The notes under the pieces were generated by a model, which saw nothing but the letters and a program-made list of their open reading frames with translations, did no database searches and was not told where the DNA came from. Below, piece after piece: positions 29,554 through 39,276 of a DNA stretch of 64,000 nucleotides. How positions within the stretch are numbered: the first letter of the stretch is position 1; each line of letters opens with the position of its first letter. The stretch is from the IMG/VR virus record IMGVR_UViG_3300032236_001850, positions 248,001 through 312,000 of that record, one strand, 5' to 3'. The position numbers and the translations under genes are program-made.

Positions 29554-29569
29554 AATAACAAATATAAAA

Positions 29570-30259
29570 GTGCAAAATTTAGAAACACCCAGCATTAACA
29601 ATTACGACGGTGGATCCTCAGCAAGTCCTGGAGGCAACGAAATATTCGGTGGAAATTCTGGATTTCCCATAGGTCCTGGACAATACCCAACAAACGGTGC
29701 TACTGGTTCTTTTAAAACAGAATATAAAAACATAGTAAATACTAGGGATCAATTTAAACTAATAGAGGCTACCTTTCAGAGGTTTAATGAACCAGTGGGA
29801 GTAAAATTTATAAAAGAATCTTTTGATGTTGTCTATCAGTCTCAGGTTTTAGATTTTCTTGATGTTGCTGAATTTTTTCATCCACTGCAGGATTTTTCAA
29901 ATTATCAAAAGCAAACAATAATAATAAATCCAACAACATCATTCAATCTTGATTCTGGATCATTTACTGACACAAATGGAGAAATATCTATGTTGATTGC
30001 AAGAGCTGAGTATCTACCAGAGGCTGCTAATAATGATAGAGTTTTATTATGGGACTATTTGGGTTCTCAGAGAAATTTAATGGGAGATTTTATGGTTCTA
30101 ACCGGAGCTATAAAAAAAGGATACAATTGGAAAGGATGGGATATAGATCCTTTCAGTAATTATGCACATAACGGATTAGCAAATAGTGCTAACGGTGGAT
30201 TTATATTTACCAATCCAACAAGTATGGTTGTAAAACTAACAATAATAACAGCAAACTAA
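29570..30259 (+). CDS. Putative structural protein, paralogue A
   Basis: GTG start; shares MGDFMVLTGA / GW / NGGFIFTNP motifs with the next gene. Confidence 0.6.
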   Translation: MQNLETPSINNYDGGSSASPGGNEIFGGNSGFPIGPGQYPTNGATGSFKTEYKNIVNTRDQFKLIEATFQRFNEPVGVKFIKESFDVVYQSQVLDFLDVAEFFHPLQDFSNYQKQTIIINPTTSFNLDSGSFTDTNGEISMLIARAEYLPEAANNDRVLLWDYLGSQRNLMGDFMVLTGAIKKGYNWKGWDIDPFSNYAHNGLANSANGGFIFTNPTSMVVKLTIITAN

Positions 30260-30260
30260 C

Positions 30261-30746
30261 ATGGCAACAAGACCAATAGCGTGTCCTTATGACGCACCTG
30301 AAGGATTTAGATTTTATAGAGATAATCTAGTTTTAGATGATGGTACAAAATCATCTCCTCCTAAATATCTTTCTATGAAGGATCTTTTTATTGGAGTTGA
30401 TTCTTTTTCGAAAAGTAGGGTTTCTTTAAATCCTGGTGAATCTTTTCTGTTGAGTCAAAGTGACATTGGTGATGATATGGGCTATGTTTCTTTTATTGCA
30501 ATAAAAGCAAAATTCCCGGACACTGTTGTTGAATCTAGGAAATATTTAACCTGGACATATAAGGGTCAAATGATGAATATGGGAGAGTTAATGATTCTTT
30601 CTGGTGCTAAACAATATGCAACAGATTCATCATACGATGGATGGAATTTATCTAAACCTAATGAATACCTTAATAATGGCGGAATGATATTTAATAATCC
30701 ACATACGGATTTTCAGATAAAATTAGAGATATTGATAGGTAGATAG
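30261..30746 (+). CDS. Putative structural protein, paralogue B
   Basis: MGELMILSGA / GW / NGGMIFNNP. Confidence 0.6.
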   Translation: MATRPIACPYDAPEGFRFYRDNLVLDDGTKSSPPKYLSMKDLFIGVDSFSKSRVSLNPGESFLLSQSDIGDDMGYVSFIAIKAKFPDTVVESRKYLTWTYKGQMMNMGELMILSGAKQYATDSSYDGWNLSKPNEYLNNGGMIFNNPHTDFQIKLEILIGR

Positions 30747-30798
30747 CAAAATATTTTGTTTAGTAAATATATAGTAAAAAGTTTCTTGTCCTTGTATG

Positions 30799-30806
30799 GA
30801 TATATA
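30799..30806 (+). promoter_or_regulatory. Putative late promoter GATATATA (second copy AATATATA at 30766)
   Basis: About 22 nt upstream of ATG 30829. Confidence 0.6.
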
Positions 30807-30828
30807 ATCAATAAAAAAAAAGTAAACC

Positions 30829-33402
30829 ATGGACTTTATAAATCAAGTTAAAAAAGTAAAAGAATCAACAAAATCTCCTGAGGTGAAGGCTTTATGTGAA
30901 AGTTACCTTAGTGGTGGTACAGTTTCTAGAGAGAAATTAGTACTTTTGATTAGTGAGAATAACGCATCCGTGGAATCAGATAATACTGGAAATAACATAC
31001 AAAATCATATGGATTTAATAAAAAGAGAAGAGTCGGAGATCTCTAAAAAAGCTGCTGCTTCCCTAATGGAATCATGGGGAGGATTAGGAAAATCTACAAC
31101 AGGTAGTAATTCTGGATCTTATAACGGTAAACCGAATGAGACCAAAAATGATGAAAACTCTCTTTATGAAAGTATTAGTAGTTTAGAATCTTTAGATCCT
31201 GCTGCAAAATCATTTATTGAAACACAGAGTATCAAAAATCTTGGTGTTAGAGGTGCTATAGAGAAAATAAAAGAATCTTCAATATACACATATCCTAAAG
31301 CAAAAATGGTTTGCGAACAATATCAGTACCTTTTGGAAAACAAAGGCATTCCTGAATTTTCACTTATTCATAATTTTGTAAATGAACTTGCTTCATTTTC
31401 TTGGGATTCTTCAATAGCTCCTATTGCTGAGGAACTTAAGGAAAAAACTAAAAAATTATCTAGAGAAATAGAGGTTGCTAAAGTTTTAGAATCTATTAAA
31501 GGAAGCGGAAGCTCTTCATTCTACTCTGAACTTTCTGATACCCTTAATACCTGGTTGGTTTCTGAGAGCAAATCTAATGGATTGTTAATTAGAAACATCT
31601 CTAAGTATTCATTTAACCCAGTAGTAAAAAATCTTATTAATTTCTTAAATATTCAAGAAAGTACAGATAGTAGAAAATTAGAGGTTCCTGTTAATGTACA
31701 AGGTGAATCTACGGTTTCTAAAGTTTATTCTCCCGTTCTTTTTGAAGGTGGAAGAACATTCTTCTTTATTGGCGGATGTATATTCGAAGCAACTTCAAAT
31801 TCATTAAGAAAGTTAGCAAAATCTGAGTATTCTGCTTTATCAGAAGGTTATTTAAGACTTTCTTTAACTACAATGAAACCACACGTTAAAATAAACGAAT
31901 CTGGTATTTCTGTTAAACTGGGTAACAAGATAGTTACTATGGTTGAAGAAAATGATAAAGTTTCTGTTTATCTTGGAAAAGATAAACTTAGATTTGGTGA
32001 CACAATAGGTTTAGCTAAGATCGTTGGTCTTGAATCCTCATCATATTTCGGAGTTAATGAATCTGAGGCTGTTGATGATATCATGACACTTTATACAAAC
32101 TATTCAAATGTTGTTGAATTGGATTTCGCTAAATCGATAACTTCCAATGTTTATGAAGGACTTGCTATTAATCTTTTCAAATGGAATGGACAAATTTATC
32201 TTCAGAAGATAAACGAGGCTATGAGAGAAAATTCACTTTATGAAGTTAATGGATCTCAAGCAGTTGCGATGGTTAAAAACTTTATGAGATATGATATATC
32301 TGAGGGATTAACAGAATTCTTAGAAGGTGAATCTAGAATTAAATCAGTAATGATTAATGATAGAAACAAGGTTCTTGAAAATATTTCTAAGATAGAAGGA
32401 GAAATCAATAAGGTTGAATCTCTTATGGAATCAAATCCATTATACAAAAACTCTAAGGAAATAAGAGTTGCTCATTCTATGTTGGAAAAAGAATTACAAT
32501 CGCTTAAAACTAAATGGAATCAAATAAACATAGAAATCCAAAAAATTGAGGAAGATATAGAGCTTCAGCCAAATCCGGATTTATTTGAGGATCAAAAATT
32601 CAATATTGGTTCTTTTGTGAAAGTTAAAGAATCTGGGGAAACTGGTAAAGTTATCTCTATAGATGGATCATCGGGAAGATACACAGTTCTTTTAGACAGC
32701 GGTAAAACTGCTGATCATCAAATAAACGAGCTTGCTGATTTAGACGAGGCTTTAAACAAAGCTGCTGATGATAATGCAGAATCTGCTGAGGATAACAATG
32801 ATGATGCTGGAGAAGTTAAAGAATCAAACAACCTTAATAAATCTCAGCTTCCTATAGGAGAGCAAAAGAAAATGCTTAAAAAACTTGCAGGAATGCACGG
32901 ATTCTCAAAAGCACCTGGTGCTAATAACGAGAAAATAGATATGGACGGTGATTCATTACATGGATACAACAGAACAATGAACGAGGGTAAAGCTGATCTT
33001 AAGAACGGAACACCTAAAACTAATTATTCTAAAGCTCCTGGTAACGATAAAAAAGCTCCCGCTTCAACTCCTAAAAATAAAACATTAGCAAGTGCTCCTA
33101 ATAAAAAAGGAAATTCTAAGCTTACTAAAGGAACAACAGATCCTAATTTTTCTGATGCTCCTGGTGATGATGTATTAGGCAAAGGTAAAAATGCAAATCC
33201 AAAAAAGAGTTTAGCTGTTGCTCCTGGTGATGGTGCTAGAATAAAAGCTAAAGAATACGGTAAGGATAAACTTAGAGAAGCACCAGATGATAAAAACGGT
33301 GATTTAAGATTTGACGTTTCTGGAGTTAGAGATGAAAAAGAGTACAAAGCTGGATACAATCTTAAGGATCTTAAAGAATCTGAAGAAGTAAAAAAAAACT
33401 AA
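30829..33402 (+). CDS. Large putative head/core protein with coiled coil, KOW/SH3-like module and KAPG-repeat tail
   Basis: FNIGSFVKVKESGETGKVISID..GRYTVLL; repeated (K/S/D)AP(G) motifs; ends at A-AAA-AAC-TAA. Confidence 0.65.
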   Translation: MDFINQVKKVKESTKSPEVKALCESYLSGGTVSREKLVLLISENNASVESDNTGNNIQNHMDLIKREESEISKKAAASLMESWGGLGKSTTGSNSGSYNGKPNETKNDENSLYESISSLESLDPAAKSFIETQSIKNLGVRGAIEKIKESSIYTYPKAKMVCEQYQYLLENKGIPEFSLIHNFVNELASFSWDSSIAPIAEELKEKTKKLSREIEVAKVLESIKGSGSSSFYSELSDTLNTWLVSESKSNGLLIRNISKYSFNPVVKNLINFLNIQESTDSRKLEVPVNVQGESTVSKVYSPVLFEGGRTFFFIGGCIFEATSNSLRKLAKSEYSALSEGYLRLSLTTMKPHVKINESGISVKLGNKIVTMVEENDKVSVYLGKDKLRFGDTIGLAKIVGLESSSYFGVNESEAVDDIMTLYTNYSNVVELDFAKSITSNVYEGLAINLFKWNGQIYLQKINEAMRENSLYEVNGSQAVAMVKNFMRYDISEGLTEFLEGESRIKSVMINDRNKVLENISKIEGEINKVESLMESNPLYKNSKEIRVAHSMLEKELQSLKTKWNQINIEIQKIEEDIELQPNPDLFEDQKFNIGSFVKVKESGETGKVISIDGSSGRYTVLLDSGKTADHQINELADLDEALNKAADDNAESAEDNNDDAGEVKESNNLNKSQLPIGEQKKMLKKLAGMHGFSKAPGANNEKIDMDGDSLHGYNRTMNEGKADLKNGTPKTNYSKAPGNDKKAPASTPKNKTLASAPNKKGNSKLTKGTTDPNFSDAPGDDVLGKGKNANPKKSLAVAPGDGARIKAKEYGKDKLREAPDDKNGDLRFDVSGVRDEKEYKAGYNLKDLKESEEVKKN

Positions 33403-33560
33403 GCCGCAACTTCTATTTCGCTCCTAAGGGCGAGAATCAGGATAAACCTGGACAACCATTCGTTCAATCGATGAAGGGAAAATTCGCTAAAGCACCCACG
33501 GGTAAGGACACCAATCCCAAGGATGAGGAGGAAGATGATTCAGGCGAAAAGAAACAATAA
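33399..33560 (+). CDS. Putative -1 frameshift extension of the 857-aa protein (53 aa)
   Basis: -1 frame reads LSRNFYFAPKGENQDKPGQPFVQSMKGKFAKAPTGKDTNPKDEEEDDSGEKKQ*, continuing the KAP motifs. Confidence 0.55.
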   Translation, partial: LSRNFYFAPKGENQDKPGQPFVQSMKGKFAKAPTGKDTNPKDEEEDDSGEKKQ

Positions 33561-33566
33561 TTTATA

Positions 33567-33600
33567 AGAATGTAGTATTTTTTACTACATTCTTTTTTTA
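33567..33600 (+). terminator. Intrinsic terminator
   Basis: AAGAATGTAGTA-ttttt-TACTACATTCTT plus T-run, placed just after the -1 frame stop. Confidence 0.8.
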
Positions 33601-33605
33601 TGAAT

Positions 33606-33633
33606 GAAATCTTTTAGCATTTAGCAACTAAAA
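33606..33633 (+). promoter_or_regulatory. Putative middle promoter GAAAT...AACTAAAA upstream of gp55-like gene
   Basis: Shared motif class. Confidence 0.45.
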
Positions 33634-33664
33634 TACTAAATACCCAAATATAACCCAAATATTA

Positions 33665-34024
33665 ATGGCAAAAGTTTATGTAAAGAATAGTGAACTCATG
33701 GCAGCAGTGATTGAATCAAAAAATGCTGGAAAATTGACACCCGAAACTATAGAGATGTTCAATCTTATGATTGAAGGTATATCTAAGAAGATGTCATACA
33801 AAGATCCTGAGGATAAAGAGGATTGTATGGCTTTTGCCATGGAAGATCTTTGTAAATATTGGAATAGATTCAATCCAGAAAAATCAAATAATCCATTTGC
33901 TTATTTTACTCAGATAGCAAAACACGGATTTGCTAAGGGATGGAAAAAATTACATCCACCAAAAAATCCAGTAACGATACCATTTAGTTATATTACTGGT
34001 GATGATAATTCATATAACGTATAG
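33665..34024 (+). CDS. gp55: Minimal late sigma factor (T4 gp55-like)
   Basis: RFNPEKSNNPFAYFTQIA matches the gp55 FDP.KS.NPFAYFTQ signature; only 119 aa. Confidence 0.8.
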   Translation: MAKVYVKNSELMAAVIESKNAGKLTPETIEMFNLMIEGISKKMSYKDPEDKEDCMAFAMEDLCKYWNRFNPEKSNNPFAYFTQIAKHGFAKGWKKLHPPKNPVTIPFSYITGDDNSYNV

Positions 34025-34027
34025 ATT

Positions 34028-34513
34028 ATGACTGATATTAAAAAGATAAAACCTAACGGTGAATATAAATCTGGTAAATATGATCCAAAAAATCCAGAAA
34101 AGTATATAGGCGATATCCATAATATCATATACAGATCATCATGGGAATATAGATTCTGTACATATTGTGACACTAATGAAGCAATATTAAAATGGAGTTC
34201 TGAACCCGTGGTTATACCATATTATAATCCTCTTGATAAAAAAGACCATAATTATAATGTCGATTTCTATATTAAGGTTTTGAAAGAAGATAATAGTGAG
34301 CAGGAATGGATCATAGAGATAAAACCTGAAAAACAAACGGTTAAACCTATAATGGAAGGGGTTGTAACGATGGCTAAATTGAAATCCTATAATAGAAATA
34401 TGCAAATATGGATAACAAATCAAGCTAAATTTAAAGCAGCCAAGGAATGGGCTGATAAAAGAGGATATAGATTTGGTGTTATCGATGAAAACTTCCTATT
34501 CAAGAGCAGATAA
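34028..34513 (+). CDS. gp4: Head completion nuclease (T4 gp4-like, TnsA N-terminal fold)
   Basis: KYIGD..NIIYRSSWE...WSSE...IPY...DFYI...IEIKP...NQAKF.AA. Confidence 0.85.
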   Translation: MTDIKKIKPNGEYKSGKYDPKNPEKYIGDIHNIIYRSSWEYRFCTYCDTNEAILKWSSEPVVIPYYNPLDKKDHNYNVDFYIKVLKEDNSEQEWIIEIKPEKQTVKPIMEGVVTMAKLKSYNRNMQIWITNQAKFKAAKEWADKRGYRFGVIDENFLFKSR

Positions 34514-34523
34514 CAAAAATATC

Positions 34524-34531
34524 GATATATA
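34524..34531 (+). promoter_or_regulatory. Putative late promoter GATATATA
   Basis: About 20 nt upstream of portal ATG 34552. Confidence 0.6.
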
Positions 34532-34551
34532 CATATCAAATAATAAATTAA

Positions 34552-36186
34552 ATGGCAGGTTTTGTAGATAATAATAAACCATCAGAGTCACCGGTTATAC
34601 AGAGGATAAGGGAATCAGTTAAAAAATTGAGTACCTTTGGTATGAAGTATGATGACATGGTAATAAGAAATTCGCAAGCTGTCGGTGTAACTGAAGCTGC
34701 ATTTCTTAACAAGAATAAAGCTAACGTTGAAGACGAAAGCATGCTATGGTCTCTAGCCAAGCAGGATATTACATCCAGACAATTCATAGGTTACTTTGAC
34801 AAGGATTATAAGGGAAAAAGAGATTTTCTAAGAATGTTTTCTTTGAATCCTGAAGTTGAATGGGTTCTTGATACCATTTGTGACGAGGCTATAACATATG
34901 ATCCAGCAAACTTTTTTGCGTACCCAGATTTTATAGATCTTTCCGATGTAAACGAAAAGGTAAAAGACGAGCTTTATGACGTTTATAAGAACCTATACGA
35001 TATATGGGGATTCTCCGATGATATAACAGCATGGCAATATTTTAGACAGTTTATAATTGATGGATTTCTAGCTTTTGAAATTGTTTACGATGACAGCGGA
35101 AAAAATATAGTTGGCTTCAAGGAACTTGATCCTATAACATTAATTCCTAGCGTTGAAAAACAACTTGATGGAAGTTTTGTTAGTACATGGACACAATATC
35201 CGCAAGATCCTAAAAAGAAGCGTACTCTCTACGATCCACAAATAATCTATATCTCATATGCTAAGGGTAACTCCATATCGAGAGTTAGTTACATTGAAAG
35301 ATTAATAAGACCTTATAATATATTAAGAATTATAGAATATACTAGGGTTATATGGTCTGTAATGAACGCTTCATTCAAATTGAAAATGACCGTTCCAATT
35401 GGTACCAAATCTCAACAGAAAGGCATGCAAACTCTGGGTGAACTTATGAGTGTATATAAGGAGGACATACAACTTAATGATGAGAGTGGTGAACTTACAG
35501 TTGATGGTAGACCTAAGATTCAATTTTATAAAAATTACCTTATGCCATCAGGTGTTAATGGTACACCAACAATAGAACCAATTAATACGGAGGGACCTAA
35601 TCTTAACGATCCAGCTCCTCTTACATATTTCTTTGATAAATTCATACTTGAATCTAAGGTTCCACCTTCAAGATTTCATAACCCAGATGGTGGTAGCACT
35701 TCACCATATTCAAATGGAGCTGAAGGTCTAGATAAAGAGGAGATAAGATTTTATAAATTTATTTCTAGACTGAGATCAGTGTTTCAGGAGATATTGGTTA
35801 AACCTATGTGGATACAAATGGTTAAAAAATATCCTCATTTAGAAAAGGATTTTCTTTTCAAAAGTCAACTTGGACTTAATTATTGGTCTGATAATCCATT
35901 TAAGGAAAATCAGGAAATTGGTAAAATGACTCAAAGAAAAGAAACAATTACCGGTCTTGGTGCTCTTATGAACGATGACGGTAAACCTTTCTTCTCGAAT
36001 GCTTTTCTTATAGAGGAATTTTTAGGTATGTCTAAACAAGACATAGCAGCAAACAAAGAGGCTAAAGAAAGAAAAATAAAGGAAAAAGCAGCAGCTGAGA
36101 AAAAAGCAGCAGGAGCAACTGGAGCAGCAGGCGGCGGGGGTAAAAAAGAAGGCGGTGAAGAAAAACCACCACAAGTAACACTATAG
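34552..36186 (+). CDS. gp20: Portal vertex protein, copy 1 (T4 gp20-like)
   Basis: FRQFIIDG, ELDP, SYIERLIRPYN.LRI.E...VIW, KNYLMP, EEIRF.KFI.RLR. Confidence 0.9.
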   Translation: MAGFVDNNKPSESPVIQRIRESVKKLSTFGMKYDDMVIRNSQAVGVTEAAFLNKNKANVEDESMLWSLAKQDITSRQFIGYFDKDYKGKRDFLRMFSLNPEVEWVLDTICDEAITYDPANFFAYPDFIDLSDVNEKVKDELYDVYKNLYDIWGFSDDITAWQYFRQFIIDGFLAFEIVYDDSGKNIVGFKELDPITLIPSVEKQLDGSFVSTWTQYPQDPKKKRTLYDPQIIYISYAKGNSISRVSYIERLIRPYNILRIIEYTRVIWSVMNASFKLKMTVPIGTKSQQKGMQTLGELMSVYKEDIQLNDESGELTVDGRPKIQFYKNYLMPSGVNGTPTIEPINTEGPNLNDPAPLTYFFDKFILESKVPPSRFHNPDGGSTSPYSNGAEGLDKEEIRFYKFISRLRSVFQEILVKPMWIQMVKKYPHLEKDFLFKSQLGLNYWSDNPFKENQEIGKMTQRKETITGLGALMNDDGKPFFSNAFLIEEFLGMSKQDIAANKEAKERKIKEKAAAEKKAAGATGAAGGGGKKEGGEEKPPQVTL

Positions 36187-36190
36187 TAAC

Positions 36191-37843
36191 ATGGCAGGAT
36201 TTTTAGACTTTTTAAAACCCAATCAAGCAGCTTTGGGTAACATACTTAAAAATTTGGGTAGCATATCCAAATTTGGTATGCAGTACGATGACATGGTTGT
36301 TAGAAATTCGCAGGCTATTGGTAGAACCGAGGGTGCTTTTTTCAATCAGGAAGGAACAGGATATACTAAGGATAGCGCATTTCAATGGACAGCTTCGTAT
36401 CATGACACTAAGGTAAGAAAATACATAGCTTATTTTGATAAATCATATGGAGAAAAAAGAGATTATTTAAGAAAGTTTTCCATAAATGGTGAGATAGAAT
36501 TCATACTGGATATCATAACAGATGAGGCCATAGTATATGACGATAGAAACTATTTTGCGCAGCCTTCATTTTCCAATCTTGATCTTAAGGACAAAGTTAA
36601 GGAGAGGGTAAGCACACATTTCAATAGACTTTATAATATATTTCAGTTCCAGAATACAGTATTGGGCTGGCAATATTTCAGACAATTTATAATAGATGGA
36701 TTCTTGGCTTTTGAGATAATCTATGATAATAAGGGAAAGGAGATAATAGGATTCAAGGAACTTGATGCTATTTCTTTACAACCAACGGTAGAAAAAGTTG
36801 GTGAAAATGAATATAAGCAGTTCTGGATACAATATCCAAGTAATCCACAAATGTTTAGAAAACTTACTAATGAACAAGTTATCTACATATCATATGCGAA
36901 GGGTAATACTATATCAAGAACAAGTTACGTTGAAAGACTTGTAAGATCTTATAACATTCTAAGAATTATGGAGAATTCTAGAGTTATCTGGAACGTAATG
37001 AATGCCAGTTATAGAATGAAATTCATAATTCCCATAGGAACACAGTCTCCACAAAAAGCCATGCAAACTTTGGGACAACTTATGTCCAACTATAAGGAAG
37101 AGATTAGCATAAATGATTCATCCGGAGAATTAACAGTAAACGGTAGACCTAAGGTTCAATTCTATAAGAATTATTTATTTCCCGAACAGAATGGAGTTTC
37201 ACCAGAGATATCTTCTCTGAATCCAGCTGGACCTGATTTCAATGTTATGGATAATGTTCTTTATTTCTTCAATAAATTAAAAATGGATTCTAAAATCCCA
37301 TATGCTAGATTTGCTGCAAAAAATGGAACACCTGCTAATTACCAAATAGCAATAGATCAGCTTGAAAGAGATGAAATAAGATTCGAAAAGTTTCTAAGAA
37401 GACTTCGTTCAATATTCCAGGAAATCCTGGTTAAACCACTCTATATACAAATGTGTTTGGAATACCCAGAATTGGCTAAAGATAGAAATTTTAAAACCAA
37501 CATAGGTTTAAATTTTAATAGAGATCTTGAATTCGAGGATCAGGTTGAAATGACTAATCTTAAAAAGAAAAGTGAATTTGTAACTGCTCTTTCAGATTTA
37601 AAGGTAAAAGCTGGGGAGGAGGATGTACCTTATTTCGATAATGACTTTCTGATACAGAGATTTTTAGGTATGTCTCCTGATCAATTGAAATTGAACGAGG
37701 AATACAAGAAAAAAGAGGAAAAAGCCGGAGCTGCACCTCCTGCTGCTGGCGGAGAATCAGCACCCGCTGCCGGATCGGCTGCTCCCGCGGGAGAAACCCC
37801 ACCAGCAGGTGGCGAAGCAAAAGCACCACAGGTAACACTATAA
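36191..37843 (+). CDS. gp20: Portal vertex protein, copy 2 (paralogue)
   Basis: Same motifs: FRQFIIDG, SYVERLVRSYN, KNYLFP, DEIRFEKFLRRLR. Confidence 0.9.
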   Translation: MAGFLDFLKPNQAALGNILKNLGSISKFGMQYDDMVVRNSQAIGRTEGAFFNQEGTGYTKDSAFQWTASYHDTKVRKYIAYFDKSYGEKRDYLRKFSINGEIEFILDIITDEAIVYDDRNYFAQPSFSNLDLKDKVKERVSTHFNRLYNIFQFQNTVLGWQYFRQFIIDGFLAFEIIYDNKGKEIIGFKELDAISLQPTVEKVGENEYKQFWIQYPSNPQMFRKLTNEQVIYISYAKGNTISRTSYVERLVRSYNILRIMENSRVIWNVMNASYRMKFIIPIGTQSPQKAMQTLGQLMSNYKEEISINDSSGELTVNGRPKVQFYKNYLFPEQNGVSPEISSLNPAGPDFNVMDNVLYFFNKLKMDSKIPYARFAAKNGTPANYQIAIDQLERDEIRFEKFLRRLRSIFQEILVKPLYIQMCLEYPELAKDRNFKTNIGLNFNRDLEFEDQVEMTNLKKKSEFVTALSDLKVKAGEEDVPYFDNDFLIQRFLGMSPDQLKLNEEYKKKEEKAGAAPPAAGGESAPAAGSAAPAGETPPAGGEAKAPQVTL

Positions 37844-37870
37844 AGGAATATTCATATATTCCTTTTTTTG
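37842..37870 (+). terminator. Intrinsic terminator
   Basis: AAAGGAATAT-tcat-ATATTCCTTT plus T-run. Confidence 0.75.
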
Positions 37871-37880
37871 TGTCTATTAT

Positions 37881-37910
37881 TTTTTTATCCGAATAATTTT
37901 ATTAAATTTG
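37881..37910 (+). promoter_or_regulatory. Putative early promoter, Bacteroidota-type TAnnTTTG
   Basis: TTTTTTATCCG then TAAATTTG at 37903-37910, upstream of ligase. Confidence 0.6.
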
Positions 37911-37931
37911 TAGAGAATTAAAAAATTAAAC

Positions 37932-39269
37932 ATGATAGAGAAATTAAAACTTTTTAAAGAGCTTGAATCATTAACAGGCAACGGGTCACAAAAATCAAAA
38001 CAGGATTTAATCAGAAGTAACATTGACGATGAACTAAAGTATATTCTTGATGTTTGCTTCAACCCATTCGTGACAACAAAACTTCATAAGATTACTTTTA
38101 ATGAAACTATATCGGAAAGTAATCATAATCTATGGGAAGATTTTAGATCTCTCTTAGAGGAGCTTAAAACAGCTCCAGCAGCAAACGATTTCCTTAGAGG
38201 TAGAGCAAGCAACCTCATTTCATCAAGAATTAGTGATGATCCCAAAGAGGATCTTGAACTTAGATCCATTTTGATGAAGATCATAACTAAAAGAATGAAT
38301 ATAGGAATCGGTGCTAAATTAATAAACAAAGCACTTTCCTATGAGCTTATACCAGATCCTTCCGTGATGCTTGCTACTGATGACCAGGAAACAATTGAAT
38401 CGTGGAAAAAAATATATTGTGAGGAAAAATATGACGGTGTAAGAGTTATTGCTATATGTAAATCTGGTGAAATCTCATACTTTACCAGGGCTTTCAATGA
38501 GCTTGATCCAACTTGTCTTTCCCGTATTTCTTTCTCGTTAAAAACAGCCATGATTAATAGTGGACAAGGAATATTGGGAGACTGGTTCTTTGATGGCGAA
38601 TTGACAGATCTTAATAGAAAATCGGTAAGTGGTAAGGTGACACAAATACTAAAGGGAACAGCACCTAAAAACATAGATGATAATATGTTATTTAATGTTT
38701 TTGATTTTGAGGAAGTTTCAACACTAACTCATGGATCTGGTGTTCTAGATTATCTTACAAGAAGAGCAACCCTAGAAAAGGTCACTTCTTTCCTTCCTGA
38801 GAATAGTCCGGTAGTTCTTGCTAGAATGTGGGAGCTTGATAATTCTGCGGATGTTACTGAGATTTATAAAAAAATAGTTGCTGATGGTGGTGAGGGTGTT
38901 ATCTGTAAAAGCAACTCGGTTTATGAATGTAAAAGATCTAAAACATGGATCAAGCTGAAAGAAGTTAATGATTGTGATTTAGTTGTTAGTGGATGGTATC
39001 CAGGTGAAGGTAAAAGGGAGGGATTTATAGGTGGTTTCATTTGTACCGATGCATCGGGAACACTGAACGTGAAGGTTGGTTCCGGTTTTACCGATAATGA
39101 TCTTAAAACTTTAAGTGAAACACCGGATCAGCATATCGGTAAAATAATTGCAGTTCAATATAATGTTACGATAGAAGACAAGCATGGTAATAGATCTTTA
39201 TTTTTACCTAGATTTATCGAAATAAGAAATGATAAGGATACTGCTGATGATTTAAGTAATAAATTTTAA
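37932..39269 (+). CDS. ATP-dependent DNA ligase
   Basis: EEKYDGVR, FDGE, FDFE, EGVICK, WIKLK, GSG. Confidence 0.95.
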   Translation: MIEKLKLFKELESLTGNGSQKSKQDLIRSNIDDELKYILDVCFNPFVTTKLHKITFNETISESNHNLWEDFRSLLEELKTAPAANDFLRGRASNLISSRISDDPKEDLELRSILMKIITKRMNIGIGAKLINKALSYELIPDPSVMLATDDQETIESWKKIYCEEKYDGVRVIAICKSGEISYFTRAFNELDPTCLSRISFSLKTAMINSGQGILGDWFFDGELTDLNRKSVSGKVTQILKGTAPKNIDDNMLFNVFDFEEVSTLTHGSGVLDYLTRRATLEKVTSFLPENSPVVLARMWELDNSADVTEIYKKIVADGGEGVICKSNSVYECKRSKTWIKLKEVNDCDLVVSGWYPGEGKREGFIGGFICTDASGTLNVKVGSGFTDNDLKTLSETPDQHIGKIIAVQYNVTIEDKHGNRSLFLPRFIEIRNDKDTADDLSNKF

Positions 39270-39276
39270 TTAATAC

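Noticed and set aside
34028-34513. TnsA-like gene as a Tn7 transposon
   Set aside because: Matches T4 gp4 head completion protein in size and context; no TnsB/TnsC or terminal repeats
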